DNA of 64,000 nucleotides. Origin: an uncultured Alphaproteobacteria bacterium. Lineage in GTDB: Bacteria > Pseudomonadota > Alphaproteobacteria > UBA6615. The translations under genes and the position numbers were made by a program. Under the pieces are notes generated by a model. The model was not told the origin of the DNA and searched no databases. It worked only from the letters and a program-made list of their open reading frames with translations. The DNA is taken from positions 57,408 to 121,407 of the forward strand of contig CALSML010000001.1 of assembly GCA_943787445.1 (NCBI GenBank), given 5' to 3'. Shown piece after piece: positions 48,295 to 60,182 of this stretch (the stretch's first letter is position 1; every line of letters begins with the position of its first letter).

Positions 48295-49601
48295 CGGGGT
48301 CTCCCGATCGGGAACCGGACTCGGGAAAGCGTCCGTTTGATCGGCGGGCCGTGGGTTCGTGGTGTGTGTTCGACTGGGCGAATTCACCGGTTCCGGCGGT
48401 GATTCTAACTTTTGTCATTTCCGCCTATTTTGCGGATGCGGTGATGAAGGATCCGGCACGGGCAGCGGAAATGTGGGCGGTGATGACCGGGATCGCTGCG
48501 CTCACCATCGCGGTGCTGAGTCCGGTACTCGGCGCGATTGCCGATCAGGGGCGCGCGCGGAAACCCTGGCTGGCGTTGTTCACAGCGATCATGGCCGCCG
48601 GGTCGCTTCTGCTCTGGTTCGTCCACCCCGATGCCTCGGATGCGATCCTGTTGCTGATTCTTGTGGGCACCATGGTGGTCGCCTTCGAAATGTCGATGGT
48701 GTTTTACAACGCCCTGTTGCCAAGCCTGGTGCCCGGGACCTGGTTGGGGCGGATTTCGGGCTGGGCCTGGGGGCTGGGCTATCTGGGTGGTGTTGGCGGT
48801 CTGCTGCTGGTGTTGTTCGTCTTCGTGCTGGCGGATCCGCCGCCCTTCGGTCTCGATGGCGCCTCTGATGTTCTGGAGAATGTGCGGATGTCCGGGCCGG
48901 TGGTTGCGGCCTGGCTGCTGCTGTTCTGTGTGCCGCTGTTCGTTTGGACGCCTGACCCGCAGGGCCACGGACTGCCGCTGGGGCCGGCCATCCGCACCGG
49001 CCTGGTCGAGCTGAAGCAGACGCTGCGAAATTTGCCCAACCACCCGCAGCTCTGGCGGTTTCTCCTGGCCCGGATGCTGTTCACCGACGGGCTGAACACC
49101 CTGTTTGCCTTTGGCGGCATCTTTGCTGCCGGGACATTCGGGATGCCACTGGCCGAAGTCATCATGTTCGGGCTGATTCTCAACATCACCGCCGGGCTTG
49201 GTGCATTCGCGTTTGGCTGGATCGATGACTGGATCGGCGCCAGGCGCACCATCCTGATCGGCATTGTGGGAATCGTCCTGGTGGGGACGCCCCTGCTGCT
49301 GGTCGAATCCAAGCTGGCTTTCATTGTTCTCGGCGGTACGCTCGGCATTTTCTTCGGCCCGGTGCAGGCGGCGAGCCGCTCCATGATGGCGCGAATCATT
49401 CCGCCGGGCACGGAAAGCGAAATGTTCGGGCTCTACGCGCTGTCAGGGAAGGTGACGGCGTTCATGGGGCCCTGGGCTGTCGCGGTGGTCACGGCAGCCA
49501 CGGGCAGTCAGCGCTGGGGCATGGCAACCGTTTTGCCGTTCCTTATCCTTGGCGGGCTGCTGCTGTACTTCACCGTTCGCGAGGCGCCGGCCCGGCGTTA
49601 G
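48291..49601 (+). CDS. MFS transporter, UMF1/ATG22 family
   Basis: [29 protein letters not shown] and QAASRS motifs; ATGA overlap with the DMT gene. Confidence 0.92.
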   Translation: MTGSPDREPDSGKRPFDRRAVGSWCVFDWANSPVPAVILTFVISAYFADAVMKDPARAAEMWAVMTGIAALTIAVLSPVLGAIADQGRARKPWLALFTAIMAAGSLLLWFVHPDASDAILLLILVGTMVVAFEMSMVFYNALLPSLVPGTWLGRISGWAWGLGYLGGVGGLLLVLFVFVLADPPPFGLDGASDVLENVRMSGPVVAAWLLLFCVPLFVWTPDPQGHGLPLGPAIRTGLVELKQTLRNLPNHPQLWRFLLARMLFTDGLNTLFAFGGIFAAGTFGMPLAEVIMFGLILNITAGLGAFAFGWIDDWIGARRTILIGIVGIVLVGTPLLLVESKLAFIVLGGTLGIFFGPVQAASRSMMARIIPPGTESEMFGLYALSGKVTAFMGPWAVAVVTAATGSQRWGMATVLPFLILGGLLLYFTVREAPARR

Positions 49602-49921
49602 CCGGCCAGACGGACCGCCGTGCCCGAGGCCACGACCATCAGCATCGAACCTTTCTCGCCCCCCACTTCGTAGTCGAGTGACAGCCCGATGATGGCATTG
49701 GCTCCCCGTTCGCTGACCTCGGCTTCGATGGATTCCATCGCACCGCTGCGTGCAGAGGCCAGCACCTTTTCATAACTGCCGGAGCGGCCCCCCACCACAT
49801 CGCGCACGGATGCGGACATGTCGCGCACGATGTTGGCGCCGACGATCGCTTCGCCGGCGCAGATGCCGAGATACTCTTCGACCTTGCGGCCTTCGACATG
49901 TCCGGTCGTGGTGACGATCAT
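49598..49921 (-). CDS. YbjQ/UPF0145 heavy-metal-binding family protein
   Basis: [35 protein letters not shown] motif. Confidence 0.93.
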   Translation of the reverse strand: MIVTTTGHVEGRKVEEYLGICAGEAIVGANIVRDMSASVRDVVGGRSGSYEKVLASARSGAMESIEAEVSERGANAIIGLSLDYEVGGEKGSMLMVVASGTAVRLAG

Positions 49922-49940
49922 GGTGACCTCCCTGTGGTGA

Positions 49941-51527
49941 CTAGTGACGGAAATGGCGCATGCCGGTGAAGACCATGGCGATTCCGGCGTCGTCCGCGGC
50001 GGCAATCACCTCATCGTCCCGGACCGAGCCACCGGGCTGAATGACCGCCGTGGCACCAGCTTCGATCGTGGTCAGCAGCCCGTCGGGGAACGGGAAAAAG
50101 GCATCCGATGCGGCCACTGAACCCTGGGTCAGGGCTCCGGTTTCACCGGCGGCTTCTGCGGCTTCCTTCGATTTGTGTGCGGCGATCCGCGCCGCGTCCA
50201 CCCGGCTCATCTGGCCGGCACCGATCCCGACCGTGGCACCGTTCTTGGCATAGACGATGGTGTTCGACTTCACATGCTTGCCGATAGTGAAAGCCAGCAG
50301 CATGTCGGCGATTTCCTGTTCGCTGGGCTGGCGTTTCGTGACGATCTTCAGATCGCTGGCGGTGATGTGACCGGCATCTCGGTCCTGCATCAGGAAGCCC
50401 CCGGCCAGCGGCTTGATCATGCGGCCGGTGGCCCGCGGGTCGGGCATGGATCCGGTCAGCAACAAGCGGAGGTTTTCCTTGCCAGCAAAGACGGCGCGGG
50501 CGGCGTCATCCGCATCCGGTGCAATCACCACCTCGGTGAAGATTTCCGTGATGGCTTCAGCTAGCGGGCCGGTCAGGGGCCGGTTGGCGGCAACAATGCC
50601 CCCGAAGGCGCTGACGGGATCGCATTTGCGCGCGGCGCGATAGGCCGCGACCAGATCGTCTGCGGTTGCAACACCACAGGGATTGGCATGTTTGATGATC
50701 GCAATCGCGGGCGCGTTGAATTCGGCGGCCAGCTCAAAGGCGGCATCGGCATCACCCAGATTGTTGTAACTGAGCTCCTTGCCCTGCACCTGTTCGGCAT
50801 GGGCCACGCCGGGGCGGGCTTCGCCGCCGATATAGAGCGCGGCGGTCTGGTGCGGGTTCTCGCCATAGCGCAGGACCGAATCCAGTTTGCCCGATGTGAC
50901 ATGGGTTTCCGGGAAGGCATCCCCCAGCTCGCCGGAAAGCCAGGCCGTGATGGCGCCGTCATAGGCGGCCGTGCGGGCATAGGCTTTGGCTGCGAGACGG
51001 CGGCGCAGATCGGCGGGCAGTTTGCCGCCATTGGCATCCAGCGCCGCGACTATCTCGCCATAGTCCGACGGGTCGGTCACCACCGCCACATGGGCGTGGT
51101 TCTTGGCCGCCGCGCGAATCATGGCCGGACCGCCGATATCGATATTCTCGACACAGTCATCATAGCCCGCGCCCGAGGCGACCGTGGCTTCGAAGGGATA
51201 GAGATTGATCACGATCAGGTCGATCGGGCCGATCTCGTGTTCGGCCATGGCGGCCTGATCTTCGGGGTGATCGCGGCGGGCGAGGATGCCGCCGTGGATC
51301 GTCGGGTGCAGGGTTTTGACCCGACCGTCCATGATCTCGGGGAAGCCTGTGTGGTCGGCGACCTCGATCACGGGGATTTCCGCATCGGCCAGCGCGCGCG
51401 CCGACCCGCCGGTGGAGAGAATTTCGATATTGTGGCGGGCAAGCGCCTGACCAAGATCGGTCAGTCCGGCTTTGTCGGACACGGAGATGATGACACGCGT
51501 GATCTGTGCGTCTGAGTTGTTTGGCAC
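49941..51527 (-). CDS. purH: Bifunctional AICAR transformylase/IMP cyclohydrolase
   Basis: [42 protein letters not shown] and RHFRH motifs. Confidence 0.98.
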   Translation of the reverse strand: MPNNSDAQITRVIISVSDKAGLTDLGQALARHNIEILSTGGSARALADAEIPVIEVADHTGFPEIMDGRVKTLHPTIHGGILARRDHPEDQAAMAEHEIGPIDLIVINLYPFEATVASGAGYDDCVENIDIGGPAMIRAAAKNHAHVAVVTDPSDYGEIVAALDANGGKLPADLRRRLAAKAYARTAAYDGAITAWLSGELGDAFPETHVTSGKLDSVLRYGENPHQTAALYIGGEARPGVAHAEQVQGKELSYNNLGDADAAFELAAEFNAPAIAIIKHANPCGVATADDLVAAYRAARKCDPVSAFGGIVAANRPLTGPLAEAITEIFTEVVIAPDADDAARAVFAGKENLRLLLTGSMPDPRATGRMIKPLAGGFLMQDRDAGHITASDLKIVTKRQPSEQEIADMLLAFTIGKHVKSNTIVYAKNGATVGIGAGQMSRVDAARIAAHKSKEAAEAAGETGALTQGSVAASDAFFPFPDGLLTTIEAGATAVIQPGGSVRDDEVIAAADDAGIAMVFTGMRHFRH

Positions 51528-51589
51528 CGGCGGGGTTGTCCTTCGTAAGAGCTGTGGTGGGGTTCTTTCCGGGCCAGGGTCGGAACGTT

Positions 51590-53497
51590 CTATTTGGCCG
51601 CCATCCTGTCGGAGGGCGGGCCGTCGGAGTGAAACTCGGGAATCAGATGGGCGAGCTGGGCACGGCAGGCTGTGTTGTCGCCGGCTTTCGCGGCCTTGCT
51701 CAAATCGTCGATGGCGCGTTCGAGCACGTCGCGATCGGCCACGCGCGGGGTGGCGAGCTGGATCGCGGCATTGCCGGTCGGCGACAGGCTTTCGGCATCG
51801 TGAAACAGCTCTTCATAGAGCTTCTCACCGGTGCGCAAGCCGACGAATTCGATGTCGACATCCTCATAGGGGCGCTTGCCGGCGAGGCGGATGATCTGTT
51901 CGGCCAGATCGGCGATCCGCACCGGTTCGCCCATATCCAGAACAAAGATTCCGCCTGCATCCGCCGAGCCGAGCGCTGAGGCCTGGAGCACCAGTTCCAC
52001 GGCCTCCCCGGTGGTCATGAAATAGCGGGTGATGTCCTTATGGGTCACGGTCAGTGGTCCGCCGGCGGCGAGCTGTCGCTCGAAGAGCGGAACGACCGAG
52101 CCGGTCGAACCCAACACATTGCCGAAGCGCACGGTGATGAAGCGGCAGTCGTCACCCGCATGCGCGCGGTCCAGAGCCTGGCAATAGCTTTCAGCGACGC
52201 GTTTGGTGGCCCCCATGGCGCTGGTCGGATTGACCGCCTTGTCGGTGGAGATCAGGACCATCTTCCGCGCGCCGGTGCTGCGACATAGATCGGCGACGAT
52301 GCGCGACCCGCCAATATTGGTCAGCACGCCTTCGGCCACGTGGGACTCAACGATGGGCACATGTTTGAGGGCAGCGGCGTGGAATACGAGTTCGGGCCGG
52401 GCTTCCGCGAAGACAGCCGCCATGGCCGACTGATCGCGAACATCGGCGAGATGGGCCATATGGACAAGCCCGTCCTTGTTCTCGCGCATCTCCAGATCGA
52501 TCGAATAGAGGTTGAATTCGGAATTGTCGAGGAGATCGAGCCGCGACGGAGCCAGGGCCGCGATCTGGCGCACCAGCTCGCTGCCGATCGTGCCGCCCGC
52601 CCCTGTGACCAGCACCCGACAGCCCTTGACGAGTTGTTCCATCGCCGGTCGGTCGAGCACCGCCTGAGGGCGTCCGAGCAGATCCTCGACGGCCACGGGT
52701 TTCACCTCGATGGTTTCGCCAATTCCGGATTCGAAATCGGTCAGGCGGGGCAGTCGTGCCATCGACATGCCATGGGTTTCCGTGAGGTCGAGCAGGTGTC
52801 GCATGAGGGCCGGCTCGAGACCGCGCTTGGTGACAACCAGCCGCTGCGGGCGTTCGGCGCGCAGGGCCAGGCGTCGCATCACATCGGCTAGATCATCGGG
52901 CGTGCCCAGCACCGAGACATTGCGGATCTGCCGCCCGACCCGATGCCCCTTTTCGTCCAGCACGCCGACCACCCGATAGGCCGCCCCGGGCTGGCGGGCC
53001 AGATCGCGGATGAAGGCTTCGGCTTCGTCGCCGGCTCCCACGAGCAGAACCGGAACAGCGGGCTTGCTGGTCGGGTCGACGGTTAGCTCGAAATGGCGGT
53101 CCTTGACCAGCCGGTACAGGAAGCGGGGTCCGCCCAGCAGAGCCATCAACACGAACCAGTTGATCAGCGGCAGGGAGCGCGGCAGGAATTCGGCCCGGGA
53201 TGCGATGAACAGGATCGGGACGAAAATCAGGACTGCGAGGCTGACCGCCTTGGTGATTGCGATCAGATCGTTCATGGACGCGTAGCGCCAGATGCCGCGA
53301 TACAGGCCCATGGGCCAGAACACGCAGGTCGAGATCACGGCAAACAGCACCATGCTCTGGACGATAAATTCCGTGGGAACGGTGTTGATGGAATCGCCCA
53401 TGCGCAGCCACAGGGACAGAGGCAACGAAATCGACGCCATGAAGATGTCGTGTCCGTAGGCGATATTCGCCCGGCCGAATCGTAATTTTGATCGCAT
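51590..53497 (-). CDS. Membrane-anchored UDP-GlcNAc 4,6-dehydratase (CapD/PglF/WbpM family)
   Basis: N-terminal TM segments; [43 protein letters not shown] and GEKLYEEL motifs. Confidence 0.95.
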   Translation of the reverse strand: MRSKLRFGRANIAYGHDIFMASISLPLSLWLRMGDSINTVPTEFIVQSMVLFAVISTCVFWPMGLYRGIWRYASMNDLIAITKAVSLAVLIFVPILFIASRAEFLPRSLPLINWFVLMALLGGPRFLYRLVKDRHFELTVDPTSKPAVPVLLVGAGDEAEAFIRDLARQPGAAYRVVGVLDEKGHRVGRQIRNVSVLGTPDDLADVMRRLALRAERPQRLVVTKRGLEPALMRHLLDLTETHGMSMARLPRLTDFESGIGETIEVKPVAVEDLLGRPQAVLDRPAMEQLVKGCRVLVTGAGGTIGSELVRQIAALAPSRLDLLDNSEFNLYSIDLEMRENKDGLVHMAHLADVRDQSAMAAVFAEARPELVFHAAALKHVPIVESHVAEGVLTNIGGSRIVADLCRSTGARKMVLISTDKAVNPTSAMGATKRVAESYCQALDRAHAGDDCRFITVRFGNVLGSTGSVVPLFERQLAAGGPLTVTHKDITRYFMTTGEAVELVLQASALGSADAGGIFVLDMGEPVRIADLAEQIIRLAGKRPYEDVDIEFVGLRTGEKLYEELFHDAESLSPTGNAAIQLATPRVADRDVLERAIDDLSKAAKAGDNTACRAQLAHLIPEFHSDGPPSDRMAAK

Positions 53498-53564
53498 TTG
53501 CGGACGTCCTGTTGGGTCGCCCGCTTATACCACTAAGCGGTCGCAGACAAAGCCCCGGAACCGG

Positions 53565-54590
53565 TCACGGGTGACGGTTTGCGGGGATTGTTGTCCGTTT
53601 CATCCACACCAGGAGGGCGAGAACCAGAAGTGCGGCCACCGCGAGCGCGGCAAATCGCCAGATCGACCCTGCGGCCAACATCGTCGTTCCGGCGGCCAGG
53701 AGGATCAGCAGGAGATTGACCAGCCCCACGGCCATGCTGACCTGGCCATGGCTGCGGCCATTCTGAACGGCCTTCTGGTAGTAATGTTCCCGATGGGCCA
53801 GCCAGATCTTTTCGCCCCGCTGCAGCCGCCGCAACAGGGTGAGCGTGGCATCAGCCAGATAGTAGAGAGGCAGGATCACGGCGGCCTCCCATTGTCCGTG
53901 TGCTGCGAGCGCCAGCAACAGCCAGCCCAACAGATAACCCAGCGGAACGCTGCCGATGTCACCGAGAAATATTTTCGCCGGTGGCCAGTTCCAGACCAGA
54001 AAGCCCAGAGCGGCGGCCGTGATGGCCAGGCCGTGCAGATGCATTGCCGACAGGCTGTCGGTGGTCAAAAGCCCGATGGTCAGGATGCCGGCACCGATTC
54101 CCATGGATTCGATGCCGCTGATGCCATCGATGCCATCCATGAAGTTGAACAGGTTCACGAACCAGATCCAGCCGATCACCGTGACCGCGGCATCCAGCCA
54201 GGGGGGAAGCAGGCCCTGAAACACCAGGCCGGGCAGCACCATCACGCCAAGTATCGCCGCGGCGAATTGCATACCCAGCCGGGGCAAAGCGCTCAGGCTG
54301 CGCAAATCATCGATCCAGGAGACCCACGCAAGGGCCAGCGCGGCCAGCGGGATCAGCCAGTTTGCCACGGGGTCTGAGCCCGGGACGACAAGACCGATGA
54401 TCAGCCAGGCCGAGAGTAACACGGCGATGACGCCCAACCCGCCGCCCCGAGGGGTCGGCACCACATGGGAGCTGCGATCATTGGGCCGGTCGAGAATCTC
54501 GTGACGCAACAACTGGCCGCGAACGAACCAGACCAGACCGGTAGTGGTCAGCGCGACGGCAACAGCGATGATGACGAGGATCCAGATCAC
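53565..54590 (-). CDS. Undecaprenyl-phosphate HexNAc-1-P transferase (WecA/WbpL, MraY-like family); start approximate
   Basis: DRPNDRSSH..TPRGGG, NLFNFMDGIDG, PAKIFLGDIGS and AHREHYYQ motifs. Confidence 0.93.
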   Translation of the reverse strand: MIWILVIIAVAVALTTTGLVWFVRGQLLRHEILDRPNDRSSHVVPTPRGGGLGVIAVLLSAWLIIGLVVPGSDPVANWLIPLAALALAWVSWIDDLRSLSALPRLGMQFAAAILGVMVLPGLVFQGLLPPWLDAAVTVIGWIWFVNLFNFMDGIDGISGIESMGIGAGILTIGLLTTDSLSAMHLHGLAITAAALGFLVWNWPPAKIFLGDIGSVPLGYLLGWLLLALAAHGQWEAAVILPLYYLADATLTLLRRLQRGEKIWLAHREHYYQKAVQNGRSHGQVSMAVGLVNLLLILLAAGTTMLAAGSIWRFAALAVAALLVLALLVWMKRTTIPANRHP

Positions 54591-54633
54591 GGCAGGGTCA
54601 TTGAATAGCGGATGGTGCAGCGCTTGTAGCGGC

Positions 54634-54664
54634 AAAAACAAAGGCCCGGCAAGGTGCCGGGCCT
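54634..54664 (-). terminator. Rho-independent terminator after the GT4 gene
   Basis: 10-bp stem aggcccggca/tgccgggcct, followed by ttgttttt on the minus strand. Confidence 0.75.
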
Positions 54665-54688
54665 GAGAAGGCAAAACTAAGTGCCGGA

Positions 54689-55828
54689 CTATGCCGCCCG
54701 CAGATCTAGATGATCGAGCTGGCGGGCGATAACCTTCTGCTCGTCAAACAGACGGCGTGCGCGTTCCAGACCGGCCTTTCCCATGCGTTCGCGCAACCGG
54801 GATTCGGCAACCAGAGATCGCAAACCGTGCGCCAGTGCATCTGCATTGCGAACTGGGACCAGCAAACCGGTCTCGCCATCCACCACCTCTTCGCGGCTAC
54901 CGCGGATATCGGTCGCCACCACCGGTCGTCCGGTCAGCATGGCCTCGATGATCGAACGCGGCATGCCCTCCCGATGGGATGGCAGAGTGAAAATGTCAGC
55001 CGCCCGCATCAGATCGGGAACGTCCTGTCGGTAGCCCAGAAAACGAATGCGGGATTTGAGGTCCGGATCGCGATCGATCGACGCGATGATGTCGGCAATT
55101 CCCGACGCGTGATCGCTTTCCAGCCGCGCGCCCACAGCCCAGAGCTCGGCATCTATATCACGCATGGCGGTGACGAGTTCCCGGTAGCCCTTTTCCTCCA
55201 CCAGCCGTCCGGTCATCAAAACCACAACGCGGTCCGCCGGGGTTCCCAGAGACTCCCGGATGCGCATGCGGGCATTATCCGGATCCTCCGGTGTGAAAAT
55301 ATCCGGGTCGCTGCCATTGCCGATCGCCAGAACATCACCGGTTTTGCAGAGGCCCAGACGGCCCGCGGTTTCTGCATCTTCTTCGGATTGGGTGAACAGG
55401 GTGTGTGTGGCACGACCGGCGAGCCATTCCAGGCTGATATGGGCGGCCCGTCGCGGTGCGGGCATATGTTCATGGAAATAGAATCCGTGTGCGGTATAGG
55501 CGACCCGCGGCACCCGGGCCATTTTCGCCGCCATCCGACCAATCAGGGAGCCGACCGGTGTGTGCGTGTGCACCAGGTCAAATTGCTCATCCCGAAAAAG
55601 CTGCCGCAGGGCGCGTGTCGCCCGGATATTGCGGATCGGGTTGATCGTGCGGGCCAGCGGCACGGTCTCAACGCGGAATCCCTCGTCGCGGACCAGCGGT
55701 ACAAGGTCCCCGTCCGCGCACACACCGACAACCTCATGCCCCTCTTTCCGCATCGCATGCATGAGCGGGCGCAGAAAATGGTACAGGGTGAAATCGACCG
55801 TGCAGAGTTGGCAAATCTTCAGGGGCAT
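54689..55828 (-). CDS. GT4 glycosyltransferase
   Basis: HTHTP, YTAHGF and PSHREGMPRSIIEAM motifs. Confidence 0.93.
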   Translation of the reverse strand: MPLKICQLCTVDFTLYHFLRPLMHAMRKEGHEVVGVCADGDLVPLVRDEGFRVETVPLARTINPIRNIRATRALRQLFRDEQFDLVHTHTPVGSLIGRMAAKMARVPRVAYTAHGFYFHEHMPAPRRAAHISLEWLAGRATHTLFTQSEEDAETAGRLGLCKTGDVLAIGNGSDPDIFTPEDPDNARMRIRESLGTPADRVVVLMTGRLVEEKGYRELVTAMRDIDAELWAVGARLESDHASGIADIIASIDRDPDLKSRIRFLGYRQDVPDLMRAADIFTLPSHREGMPRSIIEAMLTGRPVVATDIRGSREEVVDGETGLLVPVRNADALAHGLRSLVAESRLRERMGKAGLERARRLFDEQKVIARQLDHLDLRAA

Positions 55829-55956
55829 ATCAAAATATTAGTCTTTTCCTAAACAGACGGATTCAATATGGGCCGGTGCGAAAGGATGCACGTGTTGACG
55901 GCATGGGTCTATCTTGGTCCCGCTGATACCCATTGCCGGGATTTGAAAGGAAATCA

Positions 55957-56090
55957 ATGAGCCTCGTCTTGATCGGTGCCGGTGGACACGCGCTTGTTGT
56001 GCTCGATGCTGCACTGTCCGGTTCACTTCCTGTTGCTGGACTGGTCGATCAGGTAGTGCCGCCCGGCCAGATGATCGGTTCTGCACCAGA
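55957..56090 (+). pseudogene. N-terminal fragment of a NeuD/PglD-type sugar acetyltransferase
   Basis: AAGGA RBS then MSLVLIGAGGHALVVLD..GLVD; no hexapeptide repeats follow, and the frame runs into the antisense of the aminotransferase. Confidence 0.7.
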
Positions 56091-56867
56091 TGTGTATATC
56101 TCCGGATCAAGCGACAGGATCGACATCCAGCAACTGCTTTCGGCCCAGGAGGCCTCGGGCGGCGTCACCACACCCGGGATGTCCGCAAACAGGTCTGCAT
56201 AGCGTCCCGCCACATCACGCTTGCGGCTGACAAAATCGTCGAGCCTGTCGAGCTGCGCGACGATGAGGGCCGCGTTCAGATTGGGCATCCGGTAGTTGAA
56301 CCCGATCTCGCCATGGGCAAAATACAACGCATCGTCGCGCGCCTGACTGGCGAGATAGCGCACGCGTTTGGCGATGTCGGGGTCCGGTGTCAGCACCATG
56401 CCGCCCGCCCCGCCGGTGATGATCTTGTTACCGTTGAAACTGAGTATGGCTGTGTGACCAAGTCCGCCCACCGGCCGATCCCGGCAGCGCGCGCCAAGCG
56501 CTTCTGCTGCATCCTCCACCACGGTGATGCCGTAGGGCTTCAGGATCGTGTCGAGGGCATCCATGTCAACGGGGTGGCCATAAAGATGGAACGGGACAAT
56601 CGCCTTGATGGTCTTTCCGGTGCTGCGTTCGGTAGTCGTCCCGTCAGCCGTGTCACATTCGTTCTGCAGGAAGTTCTGCAGACCATCGAGATCGAGCAGC
56701 CCGGTCCGGGGATCGACATCGGCCAGTAAGGGGGAAGCCCCGCAGTAGCAGATGGAATTCACGGTGGCGACAAAGGTTGCCTCGGGAACGATCACCAGAT
56801 CACGATCACCGACGCCGATGGCCAGCAATGCCAGATGCAGCGCTGCGGTCCCGGGTTGCACTGTAAC
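56049..56867 (-). pseudogene. DegT/DnrJ (LegC-like) sugar aminotransferase truncated at both ends
   Basis: GTAALHLAL, EDAAEALG, SFNGNKIITG and GFNYRMPNLNAA motifs. The N-terminus and the C-terminal region are absent. Confidence 0.85.
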
Positions 56868-58125
56868 CGGATTCCCTTTCCATGGGTCGTGTCACCACGG
56901 CGATTGTCAGTGCTGCGGCGACCCAGAGCGTGGCCTGCCACCAGCCTTGCCAGGCCCCGAAACTGAGTTCGAAAAGCAGAATGCCTGCGACGCAGGTTGC
57001 GGCCACACAGGCTTTTTCGAACCGGTGCCGGACGTGTTTGTGAATCGCGCGCAGGGCAGCCAGGGTCACAAAACCGACCAGAAGAATCCCAGGCAGTCCG
57101 AGTTCCAGCCAGATCTGGAGAAATCCGTTATGGGGGTGCAGCGGCAGAAACTCACCGGGCGTGGTGTCACCATCGATATTGACCAGCAGATCGAAGGTTT
57201 CGCGACCACCGGGTATGGCGCGCGCTGCGTCGAGGCCCCAGCCGGAAATCGGTTTGTCGATCACCCGGTCGGCGGCGAATTCCCAGATAGCCAGACGGTG
57301 GTTGATGCCCTGATCCACATGACCGATGGCGCGGAGATAATCGGCGATATCAGGCGCCCAGATGGTCCACATGGGCAGAACGGCAATCGAGATGACCGTC
57401 GCCAATCCGATCACCCAGATCGCAATTCCCGGGACGGCGAGAACCAGAGCGGCAGCCAGACTGGCCACCAGCAGGGCGAGCAAGGATGCGCTGCTGTTGA
57501 GAATGGCCAGTATCACGATACAGGTCAGCAAGGCGCCGAACGCGAACAGGGTGCCCGCCTGTCGCTGAGCCGCCAACACCAGTGTCCAGGCCAGAAGGGC
57601 AATGAGTCCCGAGGCGCGGTTGAAAAAGGCCAGCCCATAGGACCCGGCGCCTTCGTCACCGTTCAGCAACCGGCTGACCGGTGCATCGAGCACAAATTCG
57701 ATCAGGATGAATGCGATGGCGGTGGCGAAACCGGCGATCAGGGCTTTGCCGATCACACGTTGTTCCCCGGCGCTGCAGTTGCGCGCGAGAGAGATCAGAA
57801 ACAGGCCGCCGACAATGAACATCACGATATTGGTGAGCACATGCTGGGTGCGGCCCTGTGATGGACTCCATTGCATGGTTATGGCGGCCCAGATCACCAG
57901 CAGGACCAGGGCTGCCAGAATGCCGTAGGACGGCAAGCTCACCTTGCGTCGCTGGATTAGGCTCATTGCGGCGCCAATCAGGGCGGCGGCTGCCGCCAGA
58001 ATCCAGATGATCGACGGGCCGAGAACCGACAGGATCGGAAGTGTGAACGCCAGTCCCGGAAACACGATATGAGGCCCGAGGGCGGTTTTCTCAGTCCGGG
58101 CTGAAGGCTCTAGATCAACGGACAT
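56806..58125 (-). CDS. O-antigen ligase family (Wzy_C) protein; its 3' end runs into the aminotransferase remnant
   Basis: Polytopic; HRLAIW..GWG..LHPHNGFLQIWLELGLPG motif. Confidence 0.9.
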   Translation of the reverse strand: MSVDLEPSARTEKTALGPHIVFPGLAFTLPILSVLGPSIIWILAAAAALIGAAMSLIQRRKVSLPSYGILAALVLLVIWAAITMQWSPSQGRTQHVLTNIVMFIVGGLFLISLARNCSAGEQRVIGKALIAGFATAIAFILIEFVLDAPVSRLLNGDEGAGSYGLAFFNRASGLIALLAWTLVLAAQRQAGTLFAFGALLTCIVILAILNSSASLLALLVASLAAALVLAVPGIAIWVIGLATVISIAVLPMWTIWAPDIADYLRAIGHVDQGINHRLAIWEFAADRVIDKPISGWGLDAARAIPGGRETFDLLVNIDGDTTPGEFLPLHPHNGFLQIWLELGLPGILLVGFVTLAALRAIHKHVRHRFEKACVAATCVAGILLFELSFGAWQGWWQATLWVAAALTIAVVTRPMERESGYSATRDRSAASGIAGHRRR

Positions 58126-58217
58126 ACTGAGTTCGGTGGTTTCGGAATGTATGACGTGGCGTGAACAGGAATCTAGCACGCGAAACCTTGCGTCGGACGA
58201 AGTGACGAAGGGGGGTG

Positions 58218-60182
58218 CTAGACGGCTTCATGCTCACGCCAGGCCTGAAACATCAGGATAGCCCACAGTCGATGCTCCCAGTTGCGACGGCCCGAGAGAT
58301 GTTCGGCCCAGGCTTTGCGAATGGGAATCGGGTTCAGCAACCCGTCGCGGCTCAGTGCGTCTTCGGCGAGCAATGTTTCGGCCCAGTCGCGCAGATCTGT
58401 GCGCAACCAGCGCCCGATGGGAACCCCGAAACCCATTTTCGGGCGCTCGATCAGCTCGCGGGGGACGTATCGTTCGAGGAGTTTGCGCACGGGCCATTTC
58501 GTGGCGCCGTCTCGCAACTTCATGGAGAGGGGCAAGCTCCAGGCGAAGGCCCCGATGGTGTGATCGAGGAAGGGCACCCGTCCCTCAAGTCCCACGGCCA
58601 TCGCGGCACGATCGAATTTGACCAGAATATCGTTTGGCAGATAACCGGTGGTGTCGAGCAGAAGCATTTCCTGGGTGAAGTCGTTCAGCTCCGGCCAGTC
58701 GGTCATCGCGCCGCCATAGCAGCGGGGTTCGGTTGCGCCGGGCACCAGAGCGCCCGGGTCGTTCCATTGAGAGAGCAATTCCAGATAGAGGGCGTGACGG
58801 TCCGGGGCTCGCAGCAGTTCTGCCAGTTTGTGGATCTTGTGCCCGACCTGCACCTGACGGTCCCGGGTACAACGCCATGCAACGGCGGTGTTGTAAATCC
58901 CGTCCCAGACCTGTGGTGGGGCGGCCCGCATCATGCCGGTGGCCAGTTTTCGGACCGGTTCGGGCAGGGCTTCCACCACGCCGCCGATCCGGTTGCCCCA
59001 GGCATAGCGATTGTAGCCGACAAACTGTTCATCCCCTGCATCGCCGGACAGGGATACGGTCACCAAATCACGTGCCAGTTGAGAGACCAGAAAGGTGGGT
59101 ATCTGGGATGAATCCGAGAATGGCTCGTCATAGATTTCGGGAATTCTGGGGATGACGTCCTGCACTTCGGCAGGCGTGACATAGAGTTCTGTATGGGCAG
59201 TTCCGAGATGGGCTGCGACCGCCGCCGCGTATTGGGCTTCGTTGTATTGCGCTTCATGAAACCCGATCGAGAAGGTGCGGATGGGCGCGCTGCTACGAGC
59301 CTGCATGAGTGCGACGATGGTGGATGAATCCAGCCCGCCGGACAGAAACGCGCCCAACGGGACATCGGATACCATGCATCGTTCCACCGCCGCCCCGAGC
59401 AGGCGATCGAGTTCGTCGACGGCGTCTTCGGGAGTGCCCGCAAACGGCGTGGCAAGCCCGTCGCGGGCGATCTGTTCTGCAGACCAGTAGGGCTGAAGGG
59501 GCGCGATCTGCCCGCTCTCGAGCGCTTTTGTGTCGATGGTCAGGGTGGTGCCGGCAACCAGCTTGTGGGTCTTGCGAAAAATCGCATGGGGCGCCGGGAC
59601 ATTCCCGAAGCGCAGATACATGGCGAGCGCATCGGGATCGATGTCTGCCACGAAGTCCGGGTGAGCCCGTAGCGCTGACAGTTCTGATCCGAAGGCGATA
59701 CCACCGGGGAGCAGGGCGTAATAGAGCGGTTTCTGGCCATAGCGGTCGCGGGCGAGCGACAGGGAGTGCGTTTCCCGGTCCCAGAGCGCAAAGGCGAACA
59801 TGCCATTGGTGCGCTTGAGTGCATTAGCAAGACCATGCCGTTCGATCAGGGCGAGCAGCACCTCGGTGTCCGACGTGCCGCGGAAGCCGATGCCGGCGTC
59901 TTCCAGTTCGCGGCGCAGCTCGGGAAAATTATAGATCTCGCCATTGTAGGACATGACATAGCGCCCGCTCGGAGAGGGCATGGGCTGGTGACCCGTCTCC
60001 CTGAGATCGATGATCGCGAGGCGTCTGTGGGCGAGGCCGATCCCGTGTTCCGGATCGACCCAGACCCCATCGCCATCCGGCCCGCGATGGGCGACCGCCA
60101 GTCCCATGGCGTTGGCGACCCGCTGCAACGCGGTTTCACCTTCGATGCCCGCACGCGACCAGAACCCGGCAATGCCACACAT
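58218..60182 (-). CDS. asnB: Asparagine synthase (glutamine-hydrolysing)-like amidotransferase
   Basis: MCGIAG, HRGPD, NGEIYN, SGGLDSS, SGDAGDE and RVPFLDH motifs. Confidence 0.96.
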   Translation of the reverse strand: MCGIAGFWSRAGIEGETALQRVANAMGLAVAHRGPDGDGVWVDPEHGIGLAHRRLAIIDLRETGHQPMPSPSGRYVMSYNGEIYNFPELRRELEDAGIGFRGTSDTEVLLALIERHGLANALKRTNGMFAFALWDRETHSLSLARDRYGQKPLYYALLPGGIAFGSELSALRAHPDFVADIDPDALAMYLRFGNVPAPHAIFRKTHKLVAGTTLTIDTKALESGQIAPLQPYWSAEQIARDGLATPFAGTPEDAVDELDRLLGAAVERCMVSDVPLGAFLSGGLDSSTIVALMQARSSAPIRTFSIGFHEAQYNEAQYAAAVAAHLGTAHTELYVTPAEVQDVIPRIPEIYDEPFSDSSQIPTFLVSQLARDLVTVSLSGDAGDEQFVGYNRYAWGNRIGGVVEALPEPVRKLATGMMRAAPPQVWDGIYNTAVAWRCTRDRQVQVGHKIHKLAELLRAPDRHALYLELLSQWNDPGALVPGATEPRCYGGAMTDWPELNDFTQEMLLLDTTGYLPNDILVKFDRAAMAVGLEGRVPFLDHTIGAFAWSLPLSMKLRDGATKWPVRKLLERYVPRELIERPKMGFGVPIGRWLRTDLRDWAETLLAEDALSRDGLLNPIPIRKAWAEHLSGRRNWEHRLWAILMFQAWREHEAV

